A stretch of 63,372 nt of DNA, filler included, from Octopus bimaculoides (GCF_001194135.2; 4 parts of 4 records of this genome joined end to end with filler, not necessarily neighbours in it), one strand, 5' to 3'; positions 1-13,385 are shown, counted from the first letter of the whole stretch. Numbers and translations are program-made. The notes: generated from the sequence alone by a model not told the origin.

Positions 1-51
<51 letters not shown>

Positions 52-526
52 GTGCATGTATGTATGTATGCATGTATGTATCTATGTATTTTTTTGTGGC
101 TGTCTACGTTCCTGTAACTTAGTGGTTCGTTGACAAAGAGCGATAGAATAAATACCATATTCGAAGATCAAGTTCTGGGTCGATTTGTTAAACTAACTCC
201 TTCAAGGTGATGCCCCAACAAGGTCGTATCTCAATGACGGAACCGAGTAAAAGATAAAACGCAGAAAAAAAAAATGCTACAGCATGGCCTTAGCCGAAGT
301 GGACCAAAACGAATTTAAAAAAAGTATACTCGTATATAAACATGAACATAAATAATATGTATAAGCATAACAAGAAGTAATAACTAGCTTGTTAATTAAC
401 TGCCAACTGTCTCGTTGGTTAATTAACCACATGTATGGTGATTTAACTAGATATAGGCTCTGGTGACTTAATCTACATTTAATGAATAAATAAGATTTTA
501 ATGAATCGAGTGACAAGTAATAGTAT

Positions 527-569
<43 letters not shown>

Positions 570-1194
570 CAACAACAACAACAACAACAACAGCAGCAGC
601 AACAACATACACACATACACACACTCATGCGCACATACATACACACGCAGACACACACCGTGGAACAAACCTATACACCTATACATACACATATATATGT
701 ACACACACATACACACATACACACACACAGAGGAAGTGGTTGATAGATAGATAGATAGATAGATAGCTATTGGTATTGGAATGCACGNNNNNNNNNNNNN
801 NNNNNNNNNNNNNNNNNNNNNNNNNNNNNNNNNNNNNNNNNNNNNNNNNNNNNNNNNNNNNNNNNNNNNNNNNNNNNNNNNNNNNNNNNNNNNNNNNNNN
901 NNNNNNNNNNNNNNNNNNNNNNNNNNNNNNNNNNNNNNNNNNNNNNNNNNNNNNNNNNNNNNNNNNNNNNNNNNNNNNNNNNNNNNNNNNNNNNNNNNNN
1001 NNNNNNNNNNNNNNNNNNNNNNNNNNNNNNNNNNNNNNNNNNNNNNNNNNNNNNNNNNNNNNNNNNNNNNNNNNNNNNNNNNNNNNNNNNNNNNNNNNNN
1101 NNNNNNNNNNNNNNNNNNNNNNNNNNNNNNNNNNNNNNNNNNNNNNNNNNNNNNNNTTATTCAACATATTCCCCTCTCAGATTCACGCTTTGAT

Positions 1195-1310
1195 TGCGGT
1201 GTTATTTCAGTTTTCCTAAACCCTGTAAAAGAACTCGGAACAGTGGGCCTCTAACCAGGCTTTTCGCGATATCCTTAAAGCTAGGAACCTTCCAGTACCC
1301 CCTCGTATAT
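1195..1310 (+). mobile_element. Possible CR1/L2 RT N-terminal sliver
   Basis: GPLTRLFAISLKLGTF resembles the PL..LFN.SL..G.FP motif; very short. Confidence 0.3.
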
Positions 1311-1492
1311 ACATATTGTTATGTCTCAAAGCTACTGCTATCTAGCACCTTCGGATGATCTCTACTCAACCGCTACACACCTGCTACTCGACTGCTACTC
1401 AACACACCTACCACGGCCAGATTACCTCTATTTATATGTCTTGGGAGATCCTACTTCTTCGCCTGGGTGCCATCAACACAACACATGTATAG

Positions 1493-1640
1493 ACAGGCTT
1501 CTTTCAGTTTCCGTCAACCAAATCTACTCACAAGGCTTTGGTCGGCCCGAGGCTATACTAGAAGACACATGCTCAAGATATCACGCAGTCGGACTGAACT
1601 CAGAACCATGTGGCCGGGAAGCAAGCTTCTTACTACACAG
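1493..1640 (-). mobile_element. Family D SINE 5' half
   Basis: ttctttcagtttccgtc...caaggctttggtcggcccgaggctata...cttcttactacacag. Confidence 0.8.
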
Positions 1641-2100
1641 TGTTTTTTTTTTGGGGGGGGGGGTGCAATATTCTTATTAATGGCGTAACGATCCTCCCAA
1701 GATACAACAAAAATATTTATATATTCTATATATTTAGTTTCCTTGGATAAATTGCATTTTTTTCCTTACCAAAAACAAAAAATAATAATTATAAATAAAT
1801 AAAATAAGCTGTGCCATATGCACACCTTCAGCAGGTGTTAATAATGTTATTATCTTCCGAGTGTAGAGTGGTTAATATACTAACCGGTATTAGCTGGCGT
1901 TTCTTTGAAAAAACCCTCCGGTATTTAATGGTTCCAGCTGAAATTTTTGATAGACATAAATAAAACTTTACTTACAATTTATATGCATATGAAGGGAACA
2001 AGTTTCAGGAACGGATTAATAATTAAATACCGAGAACATGTATTAAATATTAGCGAAAATGATATATTTTGTATATGGCACAGATATAATATCTCAGCAT

Positions 2101-2530
2101 TAAAGCGGTGAGCTGGCAGAAACGTTTGTACGCCGGGCGAAATGCTTAGCGGTATTTCGTTTGCCGCTACGTTCTGAGGTCGACTTTGCCTTTCATCCTT
2201 TCGAGGTCGATTAAATAAGTACCAGTTACGCACTGGGGTCGATATAATCGACTTAATCCGTTTGTCTGTCCTTGTTTGTCCCCTCTGTGTGTAGCCCCTT
2301 GTGGGTAGTAAAGAAATAAGAAACGTTAGCACGCCGGGCGAAATGCTTAGCGGTATTTCGTCTGTCTTTACGTTCTGAGTTCAAATTCCGCCGAGGTCGA
2401 CTTTGCCTTTCATCCTTTCGGGGTCAATAAATTAAGAAGCAGATTCGTACTGGGGTCGATCTAATCGACTGGCCCCCTCCCCGAGAATTTCAGGCCTTGT
2501 GCCTAAGAGTAAAAAATAAGTAAAATAAAA
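2101..2530 (+). mobile_element. Dimeric tRNA-derived SINE, family C (Meta-domain-like body)
   Basis: Two monomers each with gtcgactttgcctttcatcctttcg(a/g)ggtc; 15-bp TSD ataatatctcagcat (2086-2100, 2531-2545). Confidence 0.9.
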
Positions 2531-2859
2531 ATAATATCTCAGCATACTAACTCGAGGAAATACGATAAATATACATATATTTTTCTTCAAGCCAAACTAT
2601 CAGATTTAACTATATACAACCTATTATAAGGAAATCAATATATATGTTTTACGTTTATGAATTTGTGTTGCCAGATTCCTGATTGAAACCGTGTGTTGAA
2701 ACAGATATTGTTATATTTGGGGATGATCGTTTATTATTCTTTTTTTCCCCACCAAATAAATACACGCACTATATGTTCGTTCTTCACTCATTTATCAGAT
2801 ATGTGCCGAAAAATTTCTGAACGCGAATTTTTTTTTTTTCCACGATAGTTTCGAACCCC

Positions 2860-4945
2860 GGTAATGAACTCATTTGCATACAGCCAATCAGAGCTCATCG
2901 CAGAAATCTCAGTTCCGCATGCCTTTGACAGCATACCGCACTCACGGATCTTTGAAATCACTGGATATCTTCAAAATTTCTCCTGTGATTTCAAGCTTCC
3001 TGAAGCACAACATGTCAGTATGGAATACGAATCTCCAATTATACCACTCAAATGGAATACTGATCACAAAAAAATATTAATTTCATCTGCGACATTTTCC
3101 AAGGTGACTCCTTTTCACCTTTAATTTTTTGCAAGACCCTAATACCCTTTACAAGTGAATTTAACAGAACAGGGTATGGGTATAAAATTGGCGACAAGAA
3201 AATAAGTCGTCTATTTTATATGGATGACTTAAAACTCTATAGCAAAGACGATAATGAACTTGAAGGACTCCTACGTACTGTGAAAGCATTCGGTGATGAC
3301 ATCGGGAAGGAATTTGGTCTTGATAAATGTGCCAAGACCACTTTCCAGAAAGAGAAATTGAAGACCTCACAAAGAACTCGAGCAGGAACAAACTTACCTC
3401 TGAATAAATTAGGGATCTGGCATTCAGCATGCAAGCATGAAAGAGAGGATCAGGAAGGAATGTTAAAGGAGAGTTCGCGTAGTCCTAAAATCCGAGTTCA
3501 AAGTGTTAGCTATAAATTCCTTAGCAGTTCCGGTTGTTATTTGCAGTTTCAGTGTGTTGAACTGGAATATGAGTGAAATAAGGAAGATTGACCAGAAAAT
3601 CCGTAAGCTGTTGATTTGCAATAAGATGCACCATCCAAAGGCAGGCGTAGATCGTTTTTACCTACCCAGAGCTCAAGGAGGTCGAGGTTTGATCCAATTT
3701 GAAATCTCTTACAAAATTATCACAATTGAACTGGCAAAATATCTAACGACTGGATGCTAAAGCTCGTTGAAAACCACGTGAGCTTCATTCTGTTAAGGAG
3801 AAAAGCAAAAAATTTGCTAGTGAGTTTATGCATAATACTCAGGTTGAACAGCATGAGGGAAGTACGGCAACTGTAGTTGCAAAGAAGGGGAAATTAATAG
3901 CAAAGCAAAATGCGTTTAAACAATTGGCTGATTGGTGGGAACAAAAATCTCTACATGGCAAATATGTAGCCCGTAACAAACAAGCTGATGTAAACCAGAA
4001 GAAACTCATCAGTGGCTATGGAGCTCTGGGCTAAAGGCAGAGAGTGGAGGTTTTATTTTGGCTCCGCAAGATCAGTGCTTATTAATCCAGAACTATCAAG
4101 CCAATGTGATGAAAGATGGAATGGACCCAAAGTGCCGGCACTGCAACGATAGGATTGAAACAGTGGACCACCTGGGTGTAAGGTTTTAGCACCTGTAGAG
4201 TACAAATCAAGACATGCCAAAGTTGGCCAATATCTCCATTGGATAATGCGTCGGCATTGTAAAATCAAAACTACTGTTAAATGGTACAAGCACCACCCTG
4301 AGGCTGTAACTGAGGGAGAAAATGTAACGATTCTTTGGAACTTTCCAGTATGTACAGACCAGACCATCAAAGCAAATAAACCAGATATTGTTGTGAAATA
4401 CCAAAACAATAAAGTCAGCTTATTGATTGATATGAGCATACCCAGTGACCATAATACCTCGGCAAAATAATTTGATAAACTCAGAAAATATAAAGATTTG
4501 CAAATCGAAATCGAAAAGATGTGGCATCTCAAGACAGTTAGAATATCAGTGATTGTAGGAGTACTTGGAATGATCAAAAAAGAAGCTGAAAATTATTTAA
4601 GAATGGTCCCTGGCTTACCATTCATGCAGGAAGTGCAAAAGATTGTCTTAACTGCTACGTCACGCGTACTGAGAAGAGCATTGTCACTGTGAATTTTCTT
4701 TTTTTTTTCCCCTTTATTTTCTTTGCTTATTTAAAAAAATTTTAATTTATTCCTTTTTCTCTGTCTTTCTCCCCCCTTTTCTCTATCACATGACTTTGCA
4801 AATGAACAATCTGTGAGTTTATTTTAATGGCCTACAAGTGTACACAATGCGTTTCTCTAACCGAGCTGTCAGGAAGACACTCGGCAAGAAATGGAAATGG
4901 AATTGAAAGACGGTGATAATGAAAATAATAATAAATAATAATAAT
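2860..4945 (+). mobile_element. 5'-truncated, degenerate R4/Dong-like non-LTR retrotransposon (RT + CCHC + restriction-like endonuclease)
   Basis: Frameshifted translation gives AFDSIPH...FQGDSFSPL, YMDD at 3217-3228 (LFYMDDLKLYSK), RFYLPRAQGGRGL, LHGKY, QDQ, CRHC...ETVDH, KPDIVV...LIDMSIP, VIVGVLG, and ends RVLRRALSL* at 4692. The 3' UTR runs into (AAT)n at about 4925-4945. Confidence 0.85.
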
Positions 4946-5147
4946 AGGCACAACGCCTGAAATTTTGGGAGAAGGGTCTAGTCGGTTGCATCGACCCCTG
5001 TATTGAAGTTGTATCTATTTTATCAACCCCGAAAGGATGAAAAGTGAAGTCGACCACGGTGTAATTTGAACTCAGAACGTAAAGACAGACGATATGTCGC
5101 TAAGCATTTTGTCCGGTATGCTAAATTTTCTGCCAGCTCATCATCTT
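4945..5147 (-). mobile_element. Family C SINE monomer
   Basis: ggcacaacgcctgaaatt...gaaaggatgaaaag...ctgccagctc, with (AAT)n on both sides. Confidence 0.85.
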
Positions 5148-5223
<76 letters not shown>

Positions 5224-7542
5224 TAATTCGTTTTATTGGCCACAAGGGCTAATATCAATTAAAAACATATAAGGACAAAGACAGGACGAAGGTTACAAAA
5301 GGTTTTGTCCGAAAAGGTTGGAAAATTCGTCTAAACAGAGGAAGAAAACGAATAACTGAGATTTTGGCTAGTGATTAGTCCGTGTATCGCCCAACATTCG
5401 ATACTTTTCGATACGTTTTAAATTTTCACTGTGAATTAGAAGCTCTACAGTTAAAATGGGGTTTAATAAATAACGAGTATCTAACATTTAAACGTTTGAA
5501 CGCTTATAATGTAAAATTTATCATGAAAAAATATTTGGCGGTTGATAAGGTATTTAGTTACGAAACTAGAATTCCAAGCGAGAGAGTAAGAACAGGATGA
5601 GTCATACAGGGAAGAAAACAGTTAGAAAGTTGGAAGAATAAACAGTTGAGGAATAAAGAAAGGTAGAAAGAAAGGTAGAAAGAAAAACAGAAAAAGATAG
5701 AGTGAAGACAGATATAGAGCAAAAAAAAGTAAGAAAGGAAGTAATAAAGAAGTAAGAAGTAAATCGTTCGTTAAATAGCGATACCAGTAATTAGATAGAA
5801 CATGGAGAAAAGAGCATTTAGAGATGAGTTTGAGAAGCCAATAAAAGGGCGTAAGGTTTATGATTATGTGACTGAGAAAATGAGAGAGAGAGAGAGAGAG
5901 GCAAGGGAGAGGTGAGAAGTGTTGAAGAATATGGAAAGGAAGAAGGAAAAAGGCGAAAGTTATGCAAAGACGGGGAAAAAGAAAGGAACGAAATAAAATA
6001 AAGCGAAAAAGTGTAAAAGATTACATAAATTCGTATTATTTTTTTTCTGTTTTGTTTTGTTTCTATGATAAGAGAAAGAGAAGTCAAGTGGTTTTCTGTC
6101 TCCTACGGAATACTTTCGAACAACATTGAGCCATTTGTGGTGTTTGACAAAATATGCAGGTCGGAAAGAAGAACCGTAAATATTCATTAGATAATTATAG
6201 AAGTAACATGAACAAATTTCAAATGAAAAAAAAAAAAAAACAGAAACATTGAAGAATTTCTTAGAAACTCCACTTATAAAATTGTAATATTTAAGTTATT
6301 TCCTTTACACATACTTGTTTTAATTAAGCAAAATTATCCAAGATTAATGATGTTCTTTATCGTTTTTGTATGGATGTCTAAGTCTCATGTCAACCAGGAG
6401 ACAAAGTAGGGCAATGCTGTTCTGATGACGCTTATGGAAGAGAAATGCATGTTCATAACTGTCTTCTGATTTCCAGAGAAATGGTCCAGACAGTGTTTTC
6501 CATACATACATACATACATACATACATACATACATACATACATGCATACTTGCATGTATACTTGTATACATACGTATATAAATTTGTAATCGTATTTACA
6601 CATGCACACACAGTATATTCATCAAGTTATACACACACGTATCATGCAGACGTGTACACACAAGTATACAATACACATAATATATAATAGATAATTTATA
6701 TTTGATATTGATATATACACACACGCAAATATATTTGATACACACAAACAACGCACACGCACGCACACACACACGGACACAGACACACACACACACACGG
6801 ACAAGTAAACACATATACACATATAAGTAACATCATTCATCAAACACTATCTGAGAGGGATACGCATAGTTCGGTCTGGTAGGCAATAGTAGGAAATTTC
6901 AAACACATTTTCCCCAATGGGGAGAGAAAGAGAGAGAGAGGGGGGAGAGAAAGAGAGAGAGGGGGGTGAGGGGAGAGAGAGAGGGGGGTGAGGGGAGAGA
7001 GAGAGATGGGGACGTGGATGCAAACATGTCCAAATGGAACACTTTTCAGTCAATTTCCCATGGATTGATTCATTCATTAACAGTTGAGCCTGTTTTACGG
7101 TTGAATTGGTTTCATATCACACAATAGTTTCGGCTTTTTGGATCAGATTAAACGACGTTCCAGATAAATATGAAAGCTGTCAACTTTACTCTGGTCGAAA
7201 TTATTAGGGAATATTAAAACACACTTACAAGTCTCCAGATTGCTAAAACCAGGATTTTAGCTCAATTACCACAGAAACAATGACTATTGATGATAATACG
7301 AACGAAATACTACAAACAAAATTGCTGTGTCTTTCAGTTGAAGGGAGAAAAAAACTGTGTTTCAACAGGATCTACAAGCAAACGTACAAAAGCAACATCA
7401 CATGCTCGAGCTTATATACATAAAAGAACAGTGATAGCTAGGAGAAATGAGTGTGATGTATTGTCATGTTAATTAATCGTTTCTAGAAGAGCAGGCCAAA
7501 TAATAGAAATCTGTGGAAGGGAACATCAAACACGAAAGCATT

Positions 7543-7584
<42 letters not shown>

Positions 7585-7592
7585 AAGGTAAA

Positions 7593-7684
<92 letters not shown>

Positions 7685-8395
7685 TGGAAAATTGGCAACA
7701 GACAGTGAAAGATACATCTTGTTAGACACATAAACAGAATATATCTTCAAAGGGAAATGCAATGGCAAAAAGCATGGCGTGAATACTTCAAACATCGATG
7801 AGGTCAGACAATGTGACTCTATTAATCTCTGGCTCTGATCTTTATTAACTCTATGAATAATATATATTGATTAATTAATTCATTTACATCTATATTCTTT
7901 CTCTGCACATATATATATATGCGTATGTGTGTATATGTGTGCGTGTGCCTCTCTCTCTCTCTCTCTCTCTCTCTTTCATTTCTACATCAATCCAAGTTTC
8001 TCATTCAGTGTCTAAACGACCAGAAACATAACAGTTTACTGTGGACATGCACCCACGACTCTTGAATAGGTAGCGTCAAATACTATGCACAATATCTCTT
8101 TTCATCTCTCACCTCCACTCGGTTTCATTTCCAATTGTATGCATGTATGCATGCATGCAACCATGAATGTATGTACCTCTGTCTGTCTGTATGTATGTAT
8201 GTATGTATATATGTACGTACGTACCTTTGTATGTATGTATGTTTGTATGTATGTATGTATGTATGTATGTATGCACGTATGCATGTATGTATGTACGTAT
8301 GTATGTATGTATATATGTAAGTATGTATGTATGTATGTATGTATGTATGTATGTGTGTATGCATGCGTGCATCTATGTGTGTACGTATCCTCTCC

Positions 8396-8624
8396 TTTCA
8401 GTCGTTTGACTGCAGCCTTGCTGGAGCACCACGTTAAAGGGTTTTAGTCGAAGAAATCGACCCCAGGACTTATTCTTTGTAAGCCTAGTACTTATTCTAT
8501 CGGTTTGTCTCTTGCCGAACCGCTAAGTTACGTGCACATAAACACACCATCATCGGTTGTCAAGCGATGGCGGGGGACAAACACAGACACGTACACACAT
8601 AGATATACACCCCCCCACACACAC

Positions 8625-8705
<81 letters not shown>

Positions 8706-8839
8706 CGACGGGCTTCTTTCAGTTTCCATCTACCAAATCCACTCAAGGCTTTGGTCAGTCCGTGGCTATCGTAGAAAAACGTGCCCAAAGTGCTATGCAG
8801 TGTGATTGAACCCAGAACCATGTAGTTGGGAAGTAAGCA
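8396..8839 (-). mobile_element. tRNA-derived SINE, family D (CORE-like, internal TA/TG microsatellite)
   Basis: Reverse of ...gaagcccgtcg(ta)n(tg)n tttgtcccc...ggttcggcaag...ctggggtcgatt...gtgctccagca; internal (CA)n(TA)n at about 8620-8705. Confidence 0.85.
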
Positions 8840-8858
8840 TATGTATGCATGGATGTGT

Positions 8859-8902
<44 letters not shown>

Positions 8903-8961
8903 AGACAAAAATTGGACAAGCACAGACATGTGTATATGGCATTATATTATTTACATCATTA

Positions 8962-9024
8962 GGGAGACGAGCTGGCACAATTGGTTGCACCTCGGACAAA
9001 ATGCTTTGCGGCAATTCGTCCGTC
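8962..9024 (+). mobile_element. Family C SINE head, cut by gap
   Basis: gacgagctggcacaatt...aaatgctttgcggcaattcgtccgtc. Confidence 0.7.
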
Positions 9025-9238
9025 NNNNNNNNNNNNNNNNNNNNNNNNNNNNNNNNNNNNNNNNNNNNNNNNNNNNNNNNNNNNNNNNNNNNNNNNNNNN
9101 NNNNNNNNNNNNNNNNNNNNNNNNNNNNNNNNNNNNNNNNNNNNNNNNNNNNNNNNNNNNNNNNNNNNNNNTACATCGTTTATAAAAGACATTACATAAA
9201 TTTAAACATGGCGGTGCTCCAGCATGACCAAAACCTTT

Positions 9239-9493
9239 CAGTCAATGCGCCCTTTTAAAACCTAGCCAGGCTCATGGGCCCAGTTTCTCGGTTTCAATGG
9301 TATATATGTTCCCCAGCTGGACGGGACGCCAGTCCATCGCAGCGTTGCTCATTTTTGCCAGCTGAGTGGACTGGAGCAACGCGAAATGAAGTGTTTTGCT
9401 CAAGAACACAACGCATCGCCCGGTCCAGGAATCGAAACCACAATCTTACGATCATGATGCTGACATCCTAACCACTAAGCCACGCGCCTCCAC
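9239..9493 (-). mobile_element. tRNA-derived SINE, family B (CORE/V-like body)
   Basis: Head ggaggcgcgtggcttagtggttagg and B box ggtttcgattcc; body ttcttgagcaaaacacttc and gatggactggcgtcccgtccag; 12-bp TSD accaaaaccttt (9227-9238, 9494-9505). Confidence 0.85.
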
Positions 9494-9984
9494 ACCAAAA
9501 CCTTTGGGCTGAAACAAATAAAAGTATTAAAGAGATTAATATATAACTGGCGAAGAAAAAAATGTATATTTCTATATATAGTTCTTTACAGCTGTTTCAA
9601 AAGTTCGGTTATTGGTTAATGTAATAATATCTATTAAACAAAGGGGCATGCACACAGATGCAATAATGCAAACCAAAGAAGTAGAAAATTTTTATCGACA
9701 TGTAAACATGAAATATTAATGTGTTTAAGCTGGAAGCGTTGAAGCAGTAAGCTTACATTCAAGAGATGGGAAATATCAATAAAAAGATAGAGGAAAAGAA
9801 GTGGGGTTAGTGATGGTGAGGTGGAAAGAGCAGTTACGAAGAAAGGTTGTGAGATCGAGAGCGAGACGATGTTAGTAAAGGTGAGGGAAATAGAGTAGGC
9901 GAGACAAGTATGGAAAAAAAAGAAAGAAGGAAAGAGAGAAAAAAGAGAAAGAAGAAAGTAGAGAAGGGACTGTAGTCAGAATCA

Positions 9985-10330
9985 GACTAGTGAAAATGAA
10001 TCGAACATTTCGATTTTCGATGTGTACAGTACCGTGGCAAAAATGTCGTCTGCGTACGCATACATTCTATTTTGAATTTTAGCTCGAAAAGAATGTTCCT
10101 TAACATCTCGAGTTTCAGCATTAAAATCTCGCGACCCCAAAACGAACAGAAGAGAAGCAAAAGGATAACGTTGACAGACCAAGCATATAATACCAAACAG
10201 TTCCCAAAGGTGGTCATTTACTATCATTACACAGAAGATAATCACTATACGTTGCAGTAATCCAGCCCCTGAACACGGTTGAGAAATCTACTTCTGCAAA
10301 ACAGAATCCAGAGATCCATGCTGCTGCTAT
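9985..10330 (-). mobile_element. L1/Tx1-type RT fragment
   Basis: Minus-strand TVFRGWITATYSD...VNDHLWELFGIICLVCQRYPFASLLFVL (degenerate RQGCPLSPLL) and YADD at 10045-10056. Confidence 0.7.
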
Positions 10331-10365
10331 GTTCTCATTGTTGCTGGTCTTGTTTAGCTTTAGAG

Positions 10366-10622
10366 CAGTGATTCTCAACCGGGATTCATACGGCCCTTGG
10401 GGGATCCATATAAGATTTTGTTGCTAAAATTTATGTGCAATAAATTGCTTATATTTCTGCAGTACACAAAATATTTTAACTATTTTTTTTATATAATTCC
10501 TAATAGTATTTAATTATAAAAATACAATAGGATTTTTTAAAACATTGAATGGCTTTGAGGGTCCACCCGAGTAAAATAGGAATCAAAGAGATCCCTAGGT
10601 AAAAAATGGTTGAGAATCACTG
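10366..10622. mobile_element. hAT/Charlie-type MITE
   Basis: Perfect 15-bp TIRs cagtgattctcaacc (10366-10380) and ggttgagaatcactg (10608-10622); flanks ctttagag / ctttaggt (8-bp TSD, 6/8 match); no coding capacity. Confidence 0.85.
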
Positions 10623-11820
10623 CTTTAGGTCAACCTTGGATGAGCAGATTTGGATGTTTATAATAATCAGCAAGGCCAGGGTTTCAGACACGGTCGATCG
10701 TCGTTAGTTAGAAGCATGTATGATGTATATCATTGCATCAATGTGAACACCCGTTTGTGAAAAACAGATTATTACATCAACCAATTGCTGAATTTTTGAA
10801 ACAGCTGTAAAGATCTATCTAGGAATGTATTTTTTCTTCGCCAGAATACATTTATGGTTATGTTTATGTAATATCGTTTATAACTGATATAAATGTTACA
10901 GTGCCATATATACGTGCTTGCCTTATCTTTTATCTATTTATTACACTCTCTAGCCATACATTTTTTACAGCCAACTCTGTTCTGCAGAATTTTTTCCCTG
11001 TTTAGGAGGATGTATTTTAAGTGCCTGGACTTGTCCGAGCACTAATCCGGTATTCATCTATGATATGCTTACATTAGCACACTCTTACCCATTTTATACA
11101 GAGACAGACACACAAACAGACAGACAGACGCACACACATACACATTCGCGTGTGCATATATATGTTTATATACACATGTATGTATAAGTATAAATATATA
11201 TGCATATATTGGTATATGCATATGTATGTGTTTATATACATGCATACATACATACATACAAATATACATGTGTGTGTGTATACGTATATTTGTTTATATA
11301 CGCGTACGTATAAATATATATGCATTTACTAGTACATGCATATGTATGTATGTATACATAAATGTATACATACATACATACATACATACAAACTAATACA
11401 TACATGTCATTAGGTTCTCTTTTACAAAATTATTTATTTGCTATCATCCTTCTGCATACCGCTTTTCAATATTAATTTTAATGTAACATTTAGATAAAAT
11501 ACATTTTGGTTTGAAGTCTAAATTTTATCTCCGATCTCATCATTTGTATCTACATCAATCTGCAGTTTTTCTGGAATGTATTTATTCTAATAGACTAATT
11601 TTTTTTCTCCAACTTGTGAGCAAAACCAAAAAAAGGATTCAAAAATGTATTTAATTCACCTTTGTTCTCTTTTTAATAACATTCATTCAATATCAGTCGT
11701 TAATATCTTCTTCACTTTCGTATCTCATAATTTTCTTATTTTCTCTTATTTATTTACCGTTCAACTAAAACTAGTTGCTTCCCCCAACTTTGACAATTTC
11801 GTATTTCACATTTCCCTTAA

Positions 11821-12060
11821 TAGGCGCAGGCATAGATGTGTGGTAAGAAGGTTGCTTTCCAAACGCATGGTTCCAGAGTTCAGTCCCACGTCATGGCACG
11901 ACGGGCATTCTCGCAGTTTCCGCCTATCAAATTCACTGACAATGTAATGATAAGACCGGGGCTATAGTAGAAGACACATGGCCAAGATGCCACAAAGTGG
12001 GATTGAACCCGAAATCACGTGGTTGCAAAACAAGCGTCTTAACCACACAGGCATACCTGC
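11821..12060. mobile_element. Two converging family D SINE 5' halves
   Basis: Plus-strand head at 11821-11905 abuts a minus-strand 5' half at about 11910-12060. Confidence 0.7.
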
Positions 12061-12289
12061 AATTTTTTTATACTTGAAACGAAAATTCTAAATGATTTTA
12101 AATCGATATTTTTTCTGTTATCCTTGTCCCTCCCCACAAATAACTCATTCCTGTTCAGAATATTTCTCGAATACCTGCCCTTGTTTTAAACTCATATATT
12201 TCTCTGTACATATGCTTCATCATATATATTTTCAATCATCTAATAATAATTTTATCGTTATCTAAATCTCCTTGCATCTAAAACACATT

Positions 12290-13385
12290 TGTATCTTGAA
12301 CAGGCCAGACTAACAGCACTTCTATGCTTACTGAACTAATCCCAAGCTAGCAGTGGCTCTGGTAGTACTTCCAAATCTGCGATTTCTGGAATTATCCACA
12401 AGTACCGACCTACTTAACTGGTTTTCGTCGATACCCAAAGTTTTCTTACATTAACTTTCTTTAAAATGCTACAGTCTGACTGGCAGAGAGCTGTGAATGC
12501 CTAACTTATATTCTTTAAACCAATAACCCTTTCTTTGTCTTGAACTTCATTTGGTTAAAACGGTAGCTCCATCAAAGACCCAATATAAAGAAAGATATGT
12601 TTCACAAACGTTGACTATACATTCTCATAGTCTTAGAATCTCTGCGGATTTCGCAACTGCAGCACATGTTAGAGCATCGTCATCATCTACGACTTATCGA
12701 ACTGCCATACAGACAGTGTTGGCTCCATACAAACTTTCTGACTAGTGGAGCACATCCTTTCAACTGTAAGTGAAATAACAAACGATTCAGTCTGGTTAAA
12801 AGCTGTCTGAAGATTACAATGGTCAAGCATTTATAGATTACGGAGGTAATGTTCATCACCTCTGCCCGTATTTGAAGGAAAGATTCCTCTCATTCTTAAG
12901 TGAGACTGGCCATCATGTTCACAACTTCATCTAAGTTACTACTTCCTTGGAAATTCAACCAAGACTTTGTTCTTGACTAGAATCAGACGAAAACACTGCT
13001 GTCACTCTGCGTAGCTGAGTTGCAGGCACTCGGACTTGTCCTGGTTAATGAATGTTTCGGCAACTACCTCGAACTCATTCAGAACAATGCTAACCACCTC
13101 GATGTATCTGAAACCATGACGATGACATCATCCACGTACACCTACACAGCGATCTTGGATCCTAACCCGAAGAAGATGCTCCTGAACATCTCATGTTTCC
13201 GCAGCAACGACTCCCGACCCAAAAGAATCAGAAGGAATAAAAAAGAATATTAAACAGTTCCCATATGAGGCCATTCTCTACCATCGCCGGAAAGATATCA
13301 TTATACACAGCAATAATCTAGTTCCTGAACACGGTAGGGAAAAACTGCTACAGCAATACAGCATCCAGGTCTCTATGTTGCTGAT
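12290..13385 (-). mobile_element. L1/Tx1-type RT and post-RT fragment
   Basis: Minus-strand TVFRN*IIAVYNDI...VENG, YVDD at 13127-13138, LNEFEVVAETFINQDKSECLQL, RAEVMNITSVIYKCLTIV...LLFHLQLKGCAPLVRK; many stops and frameshifts. Confidence 0.7.

Noticed and set aside
4900-5150. R4/Dong-like LINE as the partner of family C SINEs
   Set aside because: No shared 3' sequence, and the simple-repeat tails have opposite polarity, (AAT)n against (ATT)n.
6422-6455. CTGATGA...GAAA at 6422-6446 as a hammerhead
   Set aside because: No convincing stem II or GTH triplet; too degenerate to call.
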